A stretch of 64,000 nucleotides of DNA from a virus (lineage: Duplodnaviria; Caudoviricetes). Shown here in pieces: positions 18,685-28,445 of the stretch. The translations under genes and the position numbers were made by a program. Positions within the stretch are counted from its first letter, which is position 1. Every line of letters starts with the position of its first letter. The notes below the pieces were generated by a model. It was not told where the DNA came from. It ran no database searches and saw only the letters and a program-made list of their open reading frames with translations. The stretch is from positions 1 through 64,000 of the IMG/VR virus record IMGVR_UViG_3300033066_000386; one strand, given 5' to 3'.

Positions 18685-20070
18685 TTAACGGATTTTGAAT
18701 AGGTCGTTGAACGTTACGAAATCAAAGGGTGTCGTGTAGGGTCCAAGCTCGGTGTTGTAAATATCCTTTTGAGATCGAACCGAATACCAGAGGCTATTAC
18801 CATTCCAGGGCATGAGATTATGTCCCCGGAATGTTTCCGATACCCCAACGGGCGGATTGAAGTAATCGAAATGGAACACCACGTCATACTGCTGTTGAGA
18901 GATAGCCTCATTATTTGAGAAGGTCGGGATATCCATCAAGTAAGGGGGTAGATGCAGCGGTATTGGAATTAGTTCAATACCAGTTAGTAATAACGTTCCG
19001 GTCGGGCATCCGAAGAATCGCTGTGCTGGATTCTCGAACATGACCGTTCTGGTCCCCGTAGCAGATAGCGTATTCGCGCTGGCCGTAACCTGTGTGCCAC
19101 TATCGATAGACAAGATGGTTGCGTCATTCCATCCGGTTCCGTAAACCGACCAACCAACCTGTAGGCTCGCCGTACTGGAGATTCCGGTAATAACCGCATT
19201 CCCATTCGTCACACCGGCTTGATAGACATAGTTGGTTGCATCGTTGGGAGAGTTGACACATCCCACAATCGGATTACCAGCGTAGTAAGTGTAATTGCCT
19301 CCGCTACCGATGTTCGCCGTAATCGGGTTGACCACGCTTGTAGTTGTTTTCACCAATCGAGTGGGCAAGCCGTTGGGAGTAGAGTCAACCAACGTGTCAA
19401 AAATGGCCGCTTGAGGGATTTGATACCACCGCTTCGTTAGCTTGGCATGAGCCAACTTCTGTCCAACCGAGCCTGGGAACCCAGGAAACACAGGAGACGT
19501 GTTTTGTCGCCACTCAAATACAGCCCCACCACGAGATAGCATCTGGGTTGACAATTCCCATCGGTTGTCCAAGTACCTTAGCCATTCTTGAGGGTTGCCG
19601 TTGGCGTCTAAGATGTCGGTATCGGAACGCACATAGTAAGGTGGTCTCCAGAACTGGATGGTGAGTTCCGCCAGGTTGAAGTTTGACCAAGGGCCGATAT
19701 TGATGAAATTTCCTAGCCCGACCCCGCCTTCTCCTGGCATGATGTCGAAGAATTCCGGATCGGCACTGCTATTGCCTTGGCTGCGTATGCCGACGATTCG
19801 AGTGATCGCTTTGGCAAATAGTTGATTGAAGTAGGGGTGTTGCCAAGGCAATTCCCTACGCAGTCTCGATACCGGCTTGGTTGTGTCTCTCCACGAATAC
19901 CCAAGTATTTCTTGCACCGCCGTCTGCAAGGAAGTCCACCGAATGAGCATGGTCATTCCGGCCTGAGTTCCATCGGGTGATAGATGGAAATCGGAACTCC
20001 CCTTCTCTGCCCAAGCAAAGCTAAGACCGCTCTGAGGGTATTCCTGTAAATCCGGGAATGGGTGTGCCAT
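18685..20070 (-). CDS. putative tail/baseplate structural protein
   Basis: 461 aa directly downstream of the tape measure. Confidence 0.55.
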   Translation of the reverse strand: MAHPFPDLQEYPQSGLSFAWAEKGSSDFHLSPDGTQAGMTMLIRWTSLQTAVQEILGYSWRDTTKPVSRLRRELPWQHPYFNQLFAKAITRIVGIRSQGNSSADPEFFDIMPGEGGVGLGNFINIGPWSNFNLAELTIQFWRPPYYVRSDTDILDANGNPQEWLRYLDNRWELSTQMLSRGGAVFEWRQNTSPVFPGFPGSVGQKLAHAKLTKRWYQIPQAAIFDTLVDSTPNGLPTRLVKTTTSVVNPITANIGSGGNYTYYAGNPIVGCVNSPNDATNYVYQAGVTNGNAVITGISSTASLQVGWSVYGTGWNDATILSIDSGTQVTASANTLSATGTRTVMFENPAQRFFGCPTGTLLLTGIELIPIPLHLPPYLMDIPTFSNNEAISQQQYDVVFHFDYFNPPVGVSETFRGHNLMPWNGNSLWYSVRSQKDIYNTELGPYTTPFDFVTFNDLFKIR

Positions 20071-21164
20071 TATCTATTTATCCACCTGTAAAGATCAGCT
20101 AACGCTCCAGCCCCCGGTACTAAGAGACTTACCGCAGAGGACTCGGATACCGCTGCTGCCGTTGATGCAGGACTGGTAGTAAATGTTCGAAGCACTCTTC
20201 CAACCGCATTAGCAATTTCTTGAGGGGTAAGTTGTTGTAACGAATCTCGAATCTGGTTTAGGGTGACGCTAATGCTAGATACCGTAGCGGGTACGTCGGC
20301 CATCGTTGGTCCGGATGGTTGCGATGCCGCCGCTTGCTGTAGCTGTAACTGATAGCTTTCAATGCCTTGAATCTGCGCGGGTCTAGCTGCCGCACCTACC
20401 GAACTGTTCGTGGTTCCAGGCAAACGAGGCAATCCCAATAAATCCCTTAGCTGATTTCCAAGGATGACAGCCGCCCTTGCCACTTCGATCATGACGGATG
20501 CCAATCCTCTTAGCCCGGTCAAGAGAACATCCTTGATGAGTGGTCCAAAATCCACGGCAAGCTGTCTGATTTCACCAATGATTTCGTTCAAGGGGCCACG
20601 GAATTCTTGCAGCACACTGGCCACTTCGGATGTGCTGGGGAGGATGGTTGCCATCACATCCCCGAATAGTCGTACCCCTTCGGTCATCAGTCTTAAGATT
20701 GGAAGGAACGTGCCTCCAATCACACCCTGCACATCCTCCAGTGCGTAAGAGAATTGTTCCATCAAAGCAGGGCTGGCCTTACCTGCCATGCTGGTTAGAG
20801 AGCCGACAATGCCGGAGACCACACCTGGGATCGCTCCCAGCACGTCAAAGAGAGGTTTGAATTCCGGGGCTACCGCTCCGGCAACCGCCCCCATCGTTCC
20901 CATCGTTTGGGAAACGAGATGCAAGCCCACGTCAATGGGTCCTAGCCTGCCCTGTAGGAGAAGTAGATTCTTGTCAATGTTCACTAAGCCATTGTTCACT
21001 GCACTAGCTGCCCCGGTGGAAATCCCGGCAGCCATGCTTCTACCCTTTTGGAGAACGGATTTGTAGCTGATCTTGTCTATCTCCTCCCCCAATTGGGTGA
21101 GGGCTTCCGTAACCAACTTCATGTCGGGAGTGATGGATACCACGTAGCTCATTGCGTCATCCAC
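20070..21164 (-). CDS. putative tape measure protein (short)
   Basis: Ala/Gly/Leu-rich helical sequence immediately after the frameshifted chaperone pair. Confidence 0.65.
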   Translation of the reverse strand: MDDAMSYVVSITPDMKLVTEALTQLGEEIDKISYKSVLQKGRSMAAGISTGAASAVNNGLVNIDKNLLLLQGRLGPIDVGLHLVSQTMGTMGAVAGAVAPEFKPLFDVLGAIPGVVSGIVGSLTSMAGKASPALMEQFSYALEDVQGVIGGTFLPILRLMTEGVRLFGDVMATILPSTSEVASVLQEFRGPLNEIIGEIRQLAVDFGPLIKDVLLTGLRGLASVMIEVARAAVILGNQLRDLLGLPRLPGTTNSSVGAAARPAQIQGIESYQLQLQQAAASQPSGPTMADVPATVSSISVTLNQIRDSLQQLTPQEIANAVGRVLRTFTTSPASTAAAVSESSAVSLLVPGAGALADLYRWINR

Positions 21165-21561
21165 GGCTCACCCCTTTCTTTTCAAATTGAGGATTCTTTT
21201 CCTTGAAAGAATTCCATGTCTCTTGAATCTTGTCCTTATCCAAGCCACGGTTTTCGTAGACTTGTCGGAACATCTCACCATAAGGCTTTGGGTTCGATAC
21301 GACCCGCATACCTCTAGAATCCGTTTCCACCCATTCAGGCAATTCCGGGTCTTTCCGCCTCAAGGCCCCGCTCTTATCGCGCGGTCGAAAGATGATTTGC
21401 TGCATCTGGTAATTGGTCAAGCGAGCGATTTCTTTTAGTGTCTTGCCCGCATACATTAGCTCACTCACGATTTCGGCCACGGTGTAGTGGTCTACCCGTT
21501 CAACGTCCTCGTCAACTTGCCGTTCTTTGCCGAGGACTGCGAGTTTTTTCCTACGGCCCAA
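21157..21561 (-). CDS. tail assembly chaperone, -1 frameshift extension (lambda GT-like)
   Basis: Overlaps the 3' end of 21492-21992 in the -1 frame; joined by the A AAA AAC heptamer. Confidence 0.65.
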   Translation of the reverse strand: MGRRKKLAVLGKERQVDEDVERVDHYTVAEIVSELMYAGKTLKEIARLTNYQMQQIIFRPRDKSGALRRKDPELPEWVETDSRGMRVVSNPKPYGEMFRQVYENRGLDKDKIQETWNSFKEKNPQFEKKGVSRG

Positions 21562-21992
21562 CTAATGGCCAAAATGCATTCTTTGGGACTGGATTGAAGA
21601 ATGCTCAAGACTTCCTCTTGAGTGATTTTGCTTTGGGAAGGAACCGGACGCATGAGCAGGTAGAGGAGGTAAGCGATGCCGTGAGGTTTGCTGCGGGCAT
21701 GGGCACAAGCACCGCCATCGTAGTTGTATTCGCGCGAAGAGAAATCACGGATATAGGATGTCCTCATCCGATCCGCTTCCTCACCACCCATCGTTGCTTC
21801 CACGTCGGCAATGGCTTGCTTGGCCCCCATTCGTACCCATTGCTCGAATTGGGCTTTGATGCCATTGTCGAGAGCGATGACGGTATAGGGGCTTCCCCCG
21901 GAAAAGAAGGTGTCTCCGCTCGAAATGGGAGGGGAATCGGCTTCACTTCCTAACGCTTCCGTCCATCCAACATTCGGTTCGGTTATCTCCAC
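21492..21992 (-). CDS. tail assembly chaperone (lambda G-like)
   Basis: GTG start at 21992 after GGAG; ends just after the slippery site. Confidence 0.6.
   Translation of the reverse strand: MEITEPNVGWTEALGSEADSPPISSGDTFFSGGSPYTVIALDNGIKAQFEQWVRMGAKQAIADVEATMGGEEADRMRTSYIRDFSSREYNYDGGACAHARSKPHGIAYLLYLLMRPVPSQSKITQEEVLSILQSSPKECILAISWAVGKNSQSSAKNGKLTRTLNG
21543..21549 (-). promoter_or_regulatory. programmed -1 frameshift slippery heptamer A AAA AAC
   Basis: Zero frame GGA AAA AAC TCG; -1 frame GGA AAA AAA CTC GCA (GKKLAVLG). Confidence 0.7.
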
Positions 21993-22000
21993 GTTTGCTC

Positions 22001-22618
22001 CTAGAATTGCGGGCGAACTACTTCGTCGTTTAGGTCTTTGATGATCTCGCCTTTGTCGTCCAATAGTCGTGGCGGTTGGTAACACCATGCACAGTAAAAC
22101 CTTCTCCCAACCGTACTCGCGCGACTATACATGACCTTGCCTACTTTGCCCCGAAATGCCCTTTGGGATACTTGAGGGGTTACATCCACCTCATCCGATA
22201 CCGCCCATGTCGCTACTCGGCTGCATTTCTCGCATTTGCAATCGAAAAGAGGCGTTGTAATGGGCTTGGCAACCATCTTGTTTTTCTGTCCCCGCTCTTT
22301 CGCTCTACAACGGACGCACAGGTCATCTCCGTACAAGGTTAGCTCACTACTGCATTTCGCACATTTGAGTGCCCCCATGACGATCCTGGGCGATTTTTGG
22401 GCCGGTGTAGGAAGGAACTTGAACCTCCCTTTGGCCCGATAGGTCATAATCTGCCCATCCACCACCTTTTTCTTGCCGTCCTTATCGGAATAGTAGGCTT
22501 CGAGCGTCCCAAAGTGCGTGGTGGGATCCACGTCCAACTCAATGACGTAAAGCACTTCCTCATTGGTATCGAGGTCGAATACCCTACCACGAACACCTTG
22601 ACACGCTCGCAAGATCAT
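22001..22618 (-). CDS. hypothetical protein with three CxxC pairs
   Basis: CAKC..CVRC..CEKC..CAWC. Confidence 0.65.
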   Translation of the reverse strand: MILRACQGVRGRVFDLDTNEEVLYVIELDVDPTTHFGTLEAYYSDKDGKKKVVDGQIMTYRAKGRFKFLPTPAQKSPRIVMGALKCAKCSSELTLYGDDLCVRCRAKERGQKNKMVAKPITTPLFDCKCEKCSRVATWAVSDEVDVTPQVSQRAFRGKVGKVMYSRASTVGRRFYCAWCYQPPRLLDDKGEIIKDLNDEVVRPQF

Positions 22619-23058
22619 TAAACGCTTCCGCTAGGCCAAGTAAATTCGCCTTGAGACTTGCCGGTAACGCTAAAAGTCACCTTGTCCTTCACCGCTGCCC
22701 CATTGGTAGCTCCGCGCACTCTTGAGTAGGGGAATGCCCAACTCGTGGCATCATTGATGTTCACCACAAAAGAGAGGCTGGCCAAGTCATCCCTTGGATA
22801 GAGTCCGGGAGGATCGTCTAAAGGGTTGGCTGCGGCATCCCAATCGCCGCCATATCGAAGCTCGCATCCGATGAATCCAAGGATGCCTTCCATATAGGCG
22901 TTGTCCGTTGCACTGTCGTAGCTCGTAAAGTTCTCGGTGGGCAAGTCATCGCCGTTCAATTGGGCTTCCCACGAAGCAAAGGATAGAGCGGTTTGGGCCA
23001 CTAATACCTGAGAAGCCTTGGCAGCCCGCTGATATCCGGTCGATAGAATCTGAGCCAT
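22618..23058 (-). CDS. putative tail tube protein
   Basis: Acidic 146-aa beta-rich protein ending VKDKVTFSVTGKSQGEFTWP; located after the terminator-like gene. Confidence 0.6.
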   Translation of the reverse strand: MAQILSTGYQRAAKASQVLVAQTALSFASWEAQLNGDDLPTENFTSYDSATDNAYMEGILGFIGCELRYGGDWDAAANPLDDPPGLYPRDDLASLSFVVNINDATSWAFPYSRVRGATNGAAVKDKVTFSVTGKSQGEFTWPSGSV

Positions 23059-23070
23059 GAATTTCTCCTA

Positions 23071-23880
23071 TCAGCTCGTGCAACCGAAAACCGTAATCTC
23101 GGCGGTCACGGCGTTGGTTGCATCGTTGTTGAGGATTTTGATGTTTTTGGTCAAGGCACTAATCGTCAAGAACCCGGTAGCCTTTGGGTCGAAATAGGCG
23201 TGTGCCCCACCGGTAAGGATCGTGTATTGACCCAATACCGAGGTGGGTACGTTGGAAGCATTGGAGTAGTTGGTTCCCGCCGCATTGGTAATGGATTGCA
23301 CCGATGTTGGAATGCCAGCCGCATTCGTTGCTACCACCAAGCCCCCACCCGATGCCGTGTTCTGGCAAGGCGTAACCATGAAGAACGAGGATTTCGGATA
23401 TCCGCTCCCAGCCGTGTTGATGGTGGGCACATTGATGGCCCCGGCCACTACGGTCAAGTCAACTGTCAATCCCGATCCGGCGTTGGTCATGTCGAAGGAC
23501 GATGGGGTTGCCACACTAATATTCGTGACCGTGACCGTGCTGTTCGCGTTGGGAGCCGGGGATATCGATGGGTCATCCGTGGCGGATAACAACCTTACCT
23601 GAATGCTTTTGGCACGCACGATTGCAACCGATGCTTGACCCAATTGGTTCGTCATCGTGGTCAAATCGACGGTAGCACTCGAACCCGCACTAATCGATTG
23701 CTGAAAACTAAACACCTCATCGCCGCCACCGGAAGTGGTGTTGGTCTCATCCGTGGTAAACCCTTGCGTCTTCCGGAGGGTTGTAGACGTTTGGATTGGG
23801 CTATACACGCCCGTCTGTTCATTCTGTAATTGCCAAGCGAACGTCGTTTGAGCACTGGCTTGGACATTGGAAATCCCCAT
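23071..23880 (-). CDS. putative virion structural protein
   Basis: Thr/Ser/Ala-rich beta composition; in the head-tail module. Confidence 0.55.
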   Translation of the reverse strand: MGISNVQASAQTTFAWQLQNEQTGVYSPIQTSTTLRKTQGFTTDETNTTSGGGDEVFSFQQSISAGSSATVDLTTMTNQLGQASVAIVRAKSIQVRLLSATDDPSISPAPNANSTVTVTNISVATPSSFDMTNAGSGLTVDLTVVAGAINVPTINTAGSGYPKSSFFMVTPCQNTASGGGLVVATNAAGIPTSVQSITNAAGTNYSNASNVPTSVLGQYTILTGGAHAYFDPKATGFLTISALTKNIKILNNDATNAVTAEITVFGCTS

Positions 23881-23902
23881 CTAAATACCTCCTAAAAGCG
23901 GG

Positions 23903-24268
23903 TTAAGCGTGGCAGGTGTCAGGCTCTTTCCCGTCGCTAATGGACACATTGTTTTCGTGCAAGGTCACTCCACCGTTATTGCTTTGAACGTCTAAGTTCA
24001 CCGTGCCGTCTTCGTTGACGGAAGTAACGACTGCATCCCATGTGCAATTCGGATGCATCAATACCGCGCGAACCGTGTTCCCTCTACGGCTGGCTGAAAG
24101 CATCGCTTCAAGGGCCTTGCCGGTTAGCTTCTCAACGCCTTCACTGACCTTGCCGCCCTCTCGGATGATGACTTTCTTGCCCATATCCCACGGATAGCCC
24201 CCATTGGGGTTACGGTTGAATGCGTAGCACTCTGCGGGAACGTATTTGACCTTATCGCCAACTTGCAT
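23903..24268 (-). CDS. hypothetical protein
   Basis: MQVGDKVKY...AVVTSVNEDGTVNL (SH3-like). Confidence 0.6.
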   Translation of the reverse strand: MQVGDKVKYVPAECYAFNRNPNGGYPWDMGKKVIIREGGKVSEGVEKLTGKALEAMLSASRRGNTVRAVLMHPNCTWDAVVTSVNEDGTVNLDVQSNNGGVTLHENNVSISDGKEPDTCHA

Positions 24269-24277
24269 GGATGCCTC

Positions 24278-24769
24278 CTAGTAGATTGCTATGGCCCCGT
24301 GGATTTGAACCATGTAGCTAAGGTCCGCTCGATAAAGAAGCGAACTGTCATCGATTCTCAATTCCTCTTCCTGTCCGATCCAATAGCTATCCAAGAGCAT
24401 TTGGATGATGTAATAAGGGTTAACCGACGGCCCCCCCAACAATGCACTAATGCCCAACCAAGATTGATTCGTTGCCAATAATTCTTCGATGTTGTCCATC
24501 GCCGTTTGCACGCTCGCCCTCGTCGTACTCCACACTTGCACCTTGACCGTCCCCGTATCGTCGTAGGCATCTCCAAATTGGTAAGCTCGATTGAACCCAG
24601 GCTCTTGAATCACCGCCCTCACCGCTGGCCATACCGAAGGCGTGACAATCGCATCTTTGTTGATCGCATTCCCGGAAGTATTCTGCCGTGGTATTTCTGC
24701 ATCCCAAACCACGATGTCCAATTCGGTTTGGATGTAAGTAACCAAGGCATAGGTAATGGGGGCCGTCAT
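24278..24769 (-). CDS. putative tail terminator/completion protein
   Basis: Position and the pattern VKVQVWSTTRASVQTAMDNIEELL...YRADLSY. Confidence 0.55.
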   Translation of the reverse strand: MTAPITYALVTYIQTELDIVVWDAEIPRQNTSGNAINKDAIVTPSVWPAVRAVIQEPGFNRAYQFGDAYDDTGTVKVQVWSTTRASVQTAMDNIEELLATNQSWLGISALLGGPSVNPYYIIQMLLDSYWIGQEEELRIDDSSLLYRADLSYMVQIHGAIAIY

Positions 24770-25212
24770 TTCGTTTTCACACCAATCTGAATAAGCGTCT
24801 TACGCCATTTGGCAATCGTTGGAGCAATGTAGGGATGCAAACCGCTATTCTTTCCATGACCTTTACGTTCGTGATAGAGACTGTAGTTGAACCCCTTGTC
24901 GCTCTTGGCTTTTGCTCCGATCACGAACGATACCGGGCTTAGCATTTTTGAGAAGACGCTCATTCGTAACTTGCCGCTTAGTTTCCTTGGGGGATGACCC
25001 TTGATTGCCTTCGTGGTTGCTCGATAGTATTTATTGCCCACCCGATCCGTCACGATTTTTCTAGGAGCCGGTATGCTTAGTTCCTCTTTTACTCGCGCGA
25101 CTAGAAACATCCTTGCTGCATTCACACCCTTGCCAAGGCTCTTCTCAATTTGGGCCTTGATCCTCTCGGCAAGAGCTTTGGCCCGCTGTTGGTTGCTCAT
25201 TTCATGCCGCAT
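24766..25212 (-). CDS. HK97 gp10-like tail completion protein
   Basis: Basic; PPRKLSGKLRMS...YSLYHE...HPYIAP. Confidence 0.6.
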   Translation of the reverse strand: MRHEMSNQQRAKALAERIKAQIEKSLGKGVNAARMFLVARVKEELSIPAPRKIVTDRVGNKYYRATTKAIKGHPPRKLSGKLRMSVFSKMLSPVSFVIGAKAKSDKGFNYSLYHERKGHGKNSGLHPYIAPTIAKWRKTLIQIGVKTK

Positions 25213-25561
25213 CCGTGGGCGTTTGCACTTGCGTTACTTGGGTTTGATAGAGTCGTCCCCTACCAACCGATTGCGTTTGCCCATCCACGTTGTAGTAAAT
25301 GGTGGTCCCGGTTCGATCCACCACCACAATTCGATCATTGGCCTCCGCTCCGATGTTGTCCGGTGTATAGAGGGTGCTGCCAATGGATGCCGACATTTGA
25401 GCGTAGAAAGCCATCCGGCTAGCCCCGCTCTGCTGCGAGCTACAAGGGAAGTTGCAAAGCAAATTCGTCCAAGTCGTCTGCGTCACCCCCTGTTGAGCAT
25501 CCCTTCCAATAACCGCCCTCTGTAGGGTTCCAGTTGACTCGCACATGCTTGTAACACTCAT
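25202..25561 (-). CDS. head-tail adaptor / head-closure protein
   Basis: Size and position; RAVIGRDAQQG..TW...NDRIVV..YYNV. Confidence 0.55.
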   Translation of the reverse strand: MSVTSMCESTGTLQRAVIGRDAQQGVTQTTWTNLLCNFPCSSQQSGASRMAFYAQMSASIGSTLYTPDNIGAEANDRIVVVDRTGTTIYYNVDGQTQSVGRGRLYQTQVTQVQTPTDAA

Positions 25562-25600
25562 ATGGTTTCCACTCGCGCGAGTAACGTAGTCACATATGCA

Positions 25601-25975
25601 CTAAGGATTAATCTGCTCGTACTTGAGCAGGTTTTCCGTGTTCTTAACCACATCGAATAGGACGGGCTCCCCCCATAGGTAGTCACCGGCACTATTGAGA
25701 CAATAGAACTGGTAGTCATAGCGTCCAATGGAGGTAAATTCGTAGCTGCCCACCTTGACCGTTCCACCCGCTGCACTGACAATCGTTCCGGCCACCACCT
25801 GGGTAACACCAGCATCCCACGTATCGCCAATCTTCTTGATTTGGCAATACACCGATACGGCCACGAAGTCGGTCAAGAGGTTGATGACTTCATCCGTGTT
25901 GTAGTCCATGAACGTGTAGATACCGATTACCACCGGCATGTTCACGCGAATCGGGTCTGAGTATTGGACTGACAT
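25601..25975 (-). CDS. putative structural protein (Ig-like)
   Basis: Beta-rich 124 aa; ATG at 25975. Confidence 0.5.
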   Translation of the reverse strand: MSVQYSDPIRVNMPVVIGIYTFMDYNTDEVINLLTDFVAVSVYCQIKKIGDTWDAGVTQVVAGTIVSAAGGTVKVGSYEFTSIGRYDYQFYCLNSAGDYLWGEPVLFDVVKNTENLLKYEQINP

Positions 25976-25977
25976 AG

Positions 25978-26148
25978 TTAGCAACTCGTGGAACTAGAAC
26001 CACCCACTGCCGGAATACTCAAGGCCGTGTAGCCCACGGCAGGGATGCTCATTGCCGTGTGCCCTACCGCTGGTATCTGAATAAAGGGCACGGGGGCCAC
26101 CGCCGATGACCCTCCCATCAATACCCCTGGAACCAATAGTGCGAGCAT
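25978..26148 (-). CDS. 56-aa protein with three IPAVG repeats (not in ORF track)
   Basis: Manual translation MLALLVPGVLMGGSSAVAPVPFIQIPAVGHTAMSIPAVGYTALSIPAVGGSSSTSC; AAGGTGA RBS; fills the gap exactly. Confidence 0.55.
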   Translation of the reverse strand: MLALLVPGVLMGGSSAVAPVPFIQIPAVGHTAMSIPAVGYTALSIPAVGGSSSTSC

Positions 26149-26178
26149 GATTCACCTTTAGCGAAGCATCATACAGCC

Positions 26179-27672
26179 TTAATCGGCTGCCGTAAAGCCT
26201 TGTAGGTTTACGAGAACCCCTTGCGTGGCCGTGTTGGTCACTTCGGCAATCACGATGGCCGTATTGGCCGTTCCTTGCAAGGGCCGAGCGAAGGATAAGG
26301 CATAGCCCCCACCGTTGGCTTGTGCCCATCCGCGATGGATGACCGTACCGCTAGGACCGTCTTTAATCACCACTTCCGTGCCGGTGGTGTTGTTTGAGTT
26401 AATCACTTGAAGGGCACTAATGTAATTCCGAATTCCTGCCCCTGATGCCGCCTTGGCAGTCACTTCGACGCTGTTGAGGATTCCACCTGCCGGGGCTGCA
26501 TATTGCCAGCTCAAGGAGCTTGGGGCATAGGGTTGAAAAACTTGTTTGCCCAAGGCATCGGCATAGCCATTGACCCGATCCGCATTAGCCACTGCTGTTG
26601 GGTCACTAGTCCTGGCTTGGTATCCAACCTTGACCGGATTGCCGGAGTCCGCTGTATCGCTGGCCACATCCCCTTGCGTGTTCACCGTATTGGTGATGGA
26701 GGTCAAGGTGGTGATATTCCAAGTGCCGGATTGAGTGGCTGCTACCGTACCCGTTACGGTAACGGTCGGCATGGTCAACACATCAATCTGTAGCTCACCG
26801 CTAGCATCCGTCTTGAACACCCTTGCATTGGTTCCATCCGTGCCCACCCCCACGAATCCCTTGGTTGGGATGGCCGCTCCCGTTGTTCCTACCGCATCGT
26901 CTAGCAATTGGAGGGAAGTGGTCTGGCTCTGTTGCTCGGCTAGAGTAGAGGCTCCCGTTGGGAGAGATACCGTGCCACTAATGTTGGTGACGTTCCACAC
27001 ACCGGACTGTGCGGCTTGAGTCGCAAAGGTTCCAGCGTTCGTAACCGCAATCGTCGTGTTAGAAAAGGCTACCGTTCCACTGACTGGTTGGGTAACGGCA
27101 CTGCCGTCTACCTTCAAGGCAGTCATGGATGCGATGCCCTGCACGGTGATTACGTCACTCGATGCGGTCCCAGCCGTTCCTAATGCTGGTTGCTTTGCAG
27201 CAGTTGAAGCCCCTGTTGGGAGGGATACCGTACCGCTAACATTGGTGATATTCCATGTACCGCTCTGGGTTGCTGCTACCGTCGATAGGGGCGTGAGCGT
27301 AGATATCTGTGCTGCCGTCAGCACCACCGGAACCGATGCCGCTGACAGGGCTTGACCCAAGGCTGGAGTCTTACCGTCGATAGAGGCCAGGGAAGCAATC
27401 TCCGTCGCTTGGTTGGCTGCTGTAGCCGGTCCAATGAAACTAGAGCCATCCGATATCCTTACGGCAACCGGAGTGCCTACGGGAGCGTCTACGGTGAGGC
27501 TGCCACCGGCATCGCTAATGGGCAATCCAGTGCTGGAGGTGACTTCCGTAAAGGTTCCGTTCGGACCAAACATGAGCTTGATCCACTGAACCTGCGCACC
27601 GCTGCCGTTTTCGTCAGAGGCAATCGTGGCCCCTGTTCCCACGGGGGCCGAAAGAACCACATTATCAGCCAA
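26179..27672 (-). CDS. putative virion fibre/structural protein with internal repeats
   Basis: Repeated ATQSGTWNITN(V/I)SGTVSLPTGAST units. Confidence 0.7.
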   Translation of the reverse strand: MADNVVLSAPVGTGATIASDENGSGAQVQWIKLMFGPNGTFTEVTSSTGLPISDAGGSLTVDAPVGTPVAVRISDGSSFIGPATAANQATEIASLASIDGKTPALGQALSAASVPVVLTAAQISTLTPLSTVAATQSGTWNITNVSGTVSLPTGASTAAKQPALGTAGTASSDVITVQGIASMTALKVDGSAVTQPVSGTVAFSNTTIAVTNAGTFATQAAQSGVWNVTNISGTVSLPTGASTLAEQQSQTTSLQLLDDAVGTTGAAIPTKGFVGVGTDGTNARVFKTDASGELQIDVLTMPTVTVTGTVAATQSGTWNITTLTSITNTVNTQGDVASDTADSGNPVKVGYQARTSDPTAVANADRVNGYADALGKQVFQPYAPSSLSWQYAAPAGGILNSVEVTAKAASGAGIRNYISALQVINSNNTTGTEVVIKDGPSGTVIHRGWAQANGGGYALSFARPLQGTANTAIVIAEVTNTATQGVLVNLQGFTAAD

Positions 27673-27673
27673 T

Positions 27674-27790
27674 TTATACCCCCACCCCTAGAAGGGAACG
27701 GAAAATCACATTGGGAGCCGTGAATGAGGTCTGATAGAAGAACGGTCCCGCACCGAACGGAATGTAGCCAAAGGGAGAATAACCGTACAT
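27674..27790 (-). CDS. 38-aa aromatic/Gly-rich peptide (not in ORF track)
   Basis: MYGYSPFGYIPFGAGPFFYQTSFTAPNVIFRSLLGVGV; fills the gap between two genes. Confidence 0.45.
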   Translation of the reverse strand: MYGYSPFGYIPFGAGPFFYQTSFTAPNVIFRSLLGVGV

Positions 27791-27793
27791 GAA

Positions 27794-28081
27794 TCACCCC
27801 ACCGTAATCGTCACAACTTCCGCCATTGCCGACACCTGTTCGGACGCTTTCTTGCGTTGATCAGCAATCGCCGATTCCAACTGCTTGTTGACCTTGGACC
27901 GCAAGTGATCCCCCAGCCATGCCAACAATTCGTTCTTGGCAAAATCTAGCTTCGATACAGGATTATCGATGACCTTGCCGTCGCCGCCGTTCATTTGCGA
28001 TTGATAACCCTTGTTCTCGCAGATGGCTTCCACGCACAGATCGAATTGCTCATCAGGAGCGGAAATCGTAATACTCTTCAT
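27794..28081 (-). CDS. hypothetical protein
   Basis: 95-aa ORF with GAGG RBS. Confidence 0.6.
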   Translation of the reverse strand: MKSITISAPDEQFDLCVEAICENKGYQSQMNGGDGKVIDNPVSKLDFAKNELLAWLGDHLRSKVNKQLESAIADQRKKASEQVSAMAEVVTITVG

Positions 28082-28089
28082 GTGTACCT

Positions 28090-28377
28090 CTAGGGAATGA
28101 TTCTTCCGTCACTCAGTTTGTACAGGTTGTCATCGTGATTGTTGTCCACGATGAACGTGTTGATCGCTGCCAGCGAACCCAAAGCATTGTCCATCTCTTC
28201 GTCCGTGATTCCCTGATTGTTTCCAGTAAAGTCGGCATCACCAATAGTCGTACCAGCGTCTATTTGCTGGGCCATCCTTCCTAATGAAACGGCACTCTCG
28301 ATGGTCCTCAATAGGTCCGTCGATACCTTGCGAACGTCGTTAATGAAGTTCGTCTTCTGATTCGCAGTAAGAGACAT
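28090..28377 (-). CDS. hypothetical protein
   Basis: 95-aa ORF with AGGAG RBS. Confidence 0.6.
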   Translation of the reverse strand: MSLTANQKTNFINDVRKVSTDLLRTIESAVSLGRMAQQIDAGTTIGDADFTGNNQGITDEEMDNALGSLAAINTFIVDNNHDDNLYKLSDGRIIP

Positions 28378-28445
28378 AGCACTTCTCCTGATTGAAGATT
28401 GTCAACCAAATGGGCGAGCCATGATTCATTTGCCGTTTCATCGCC

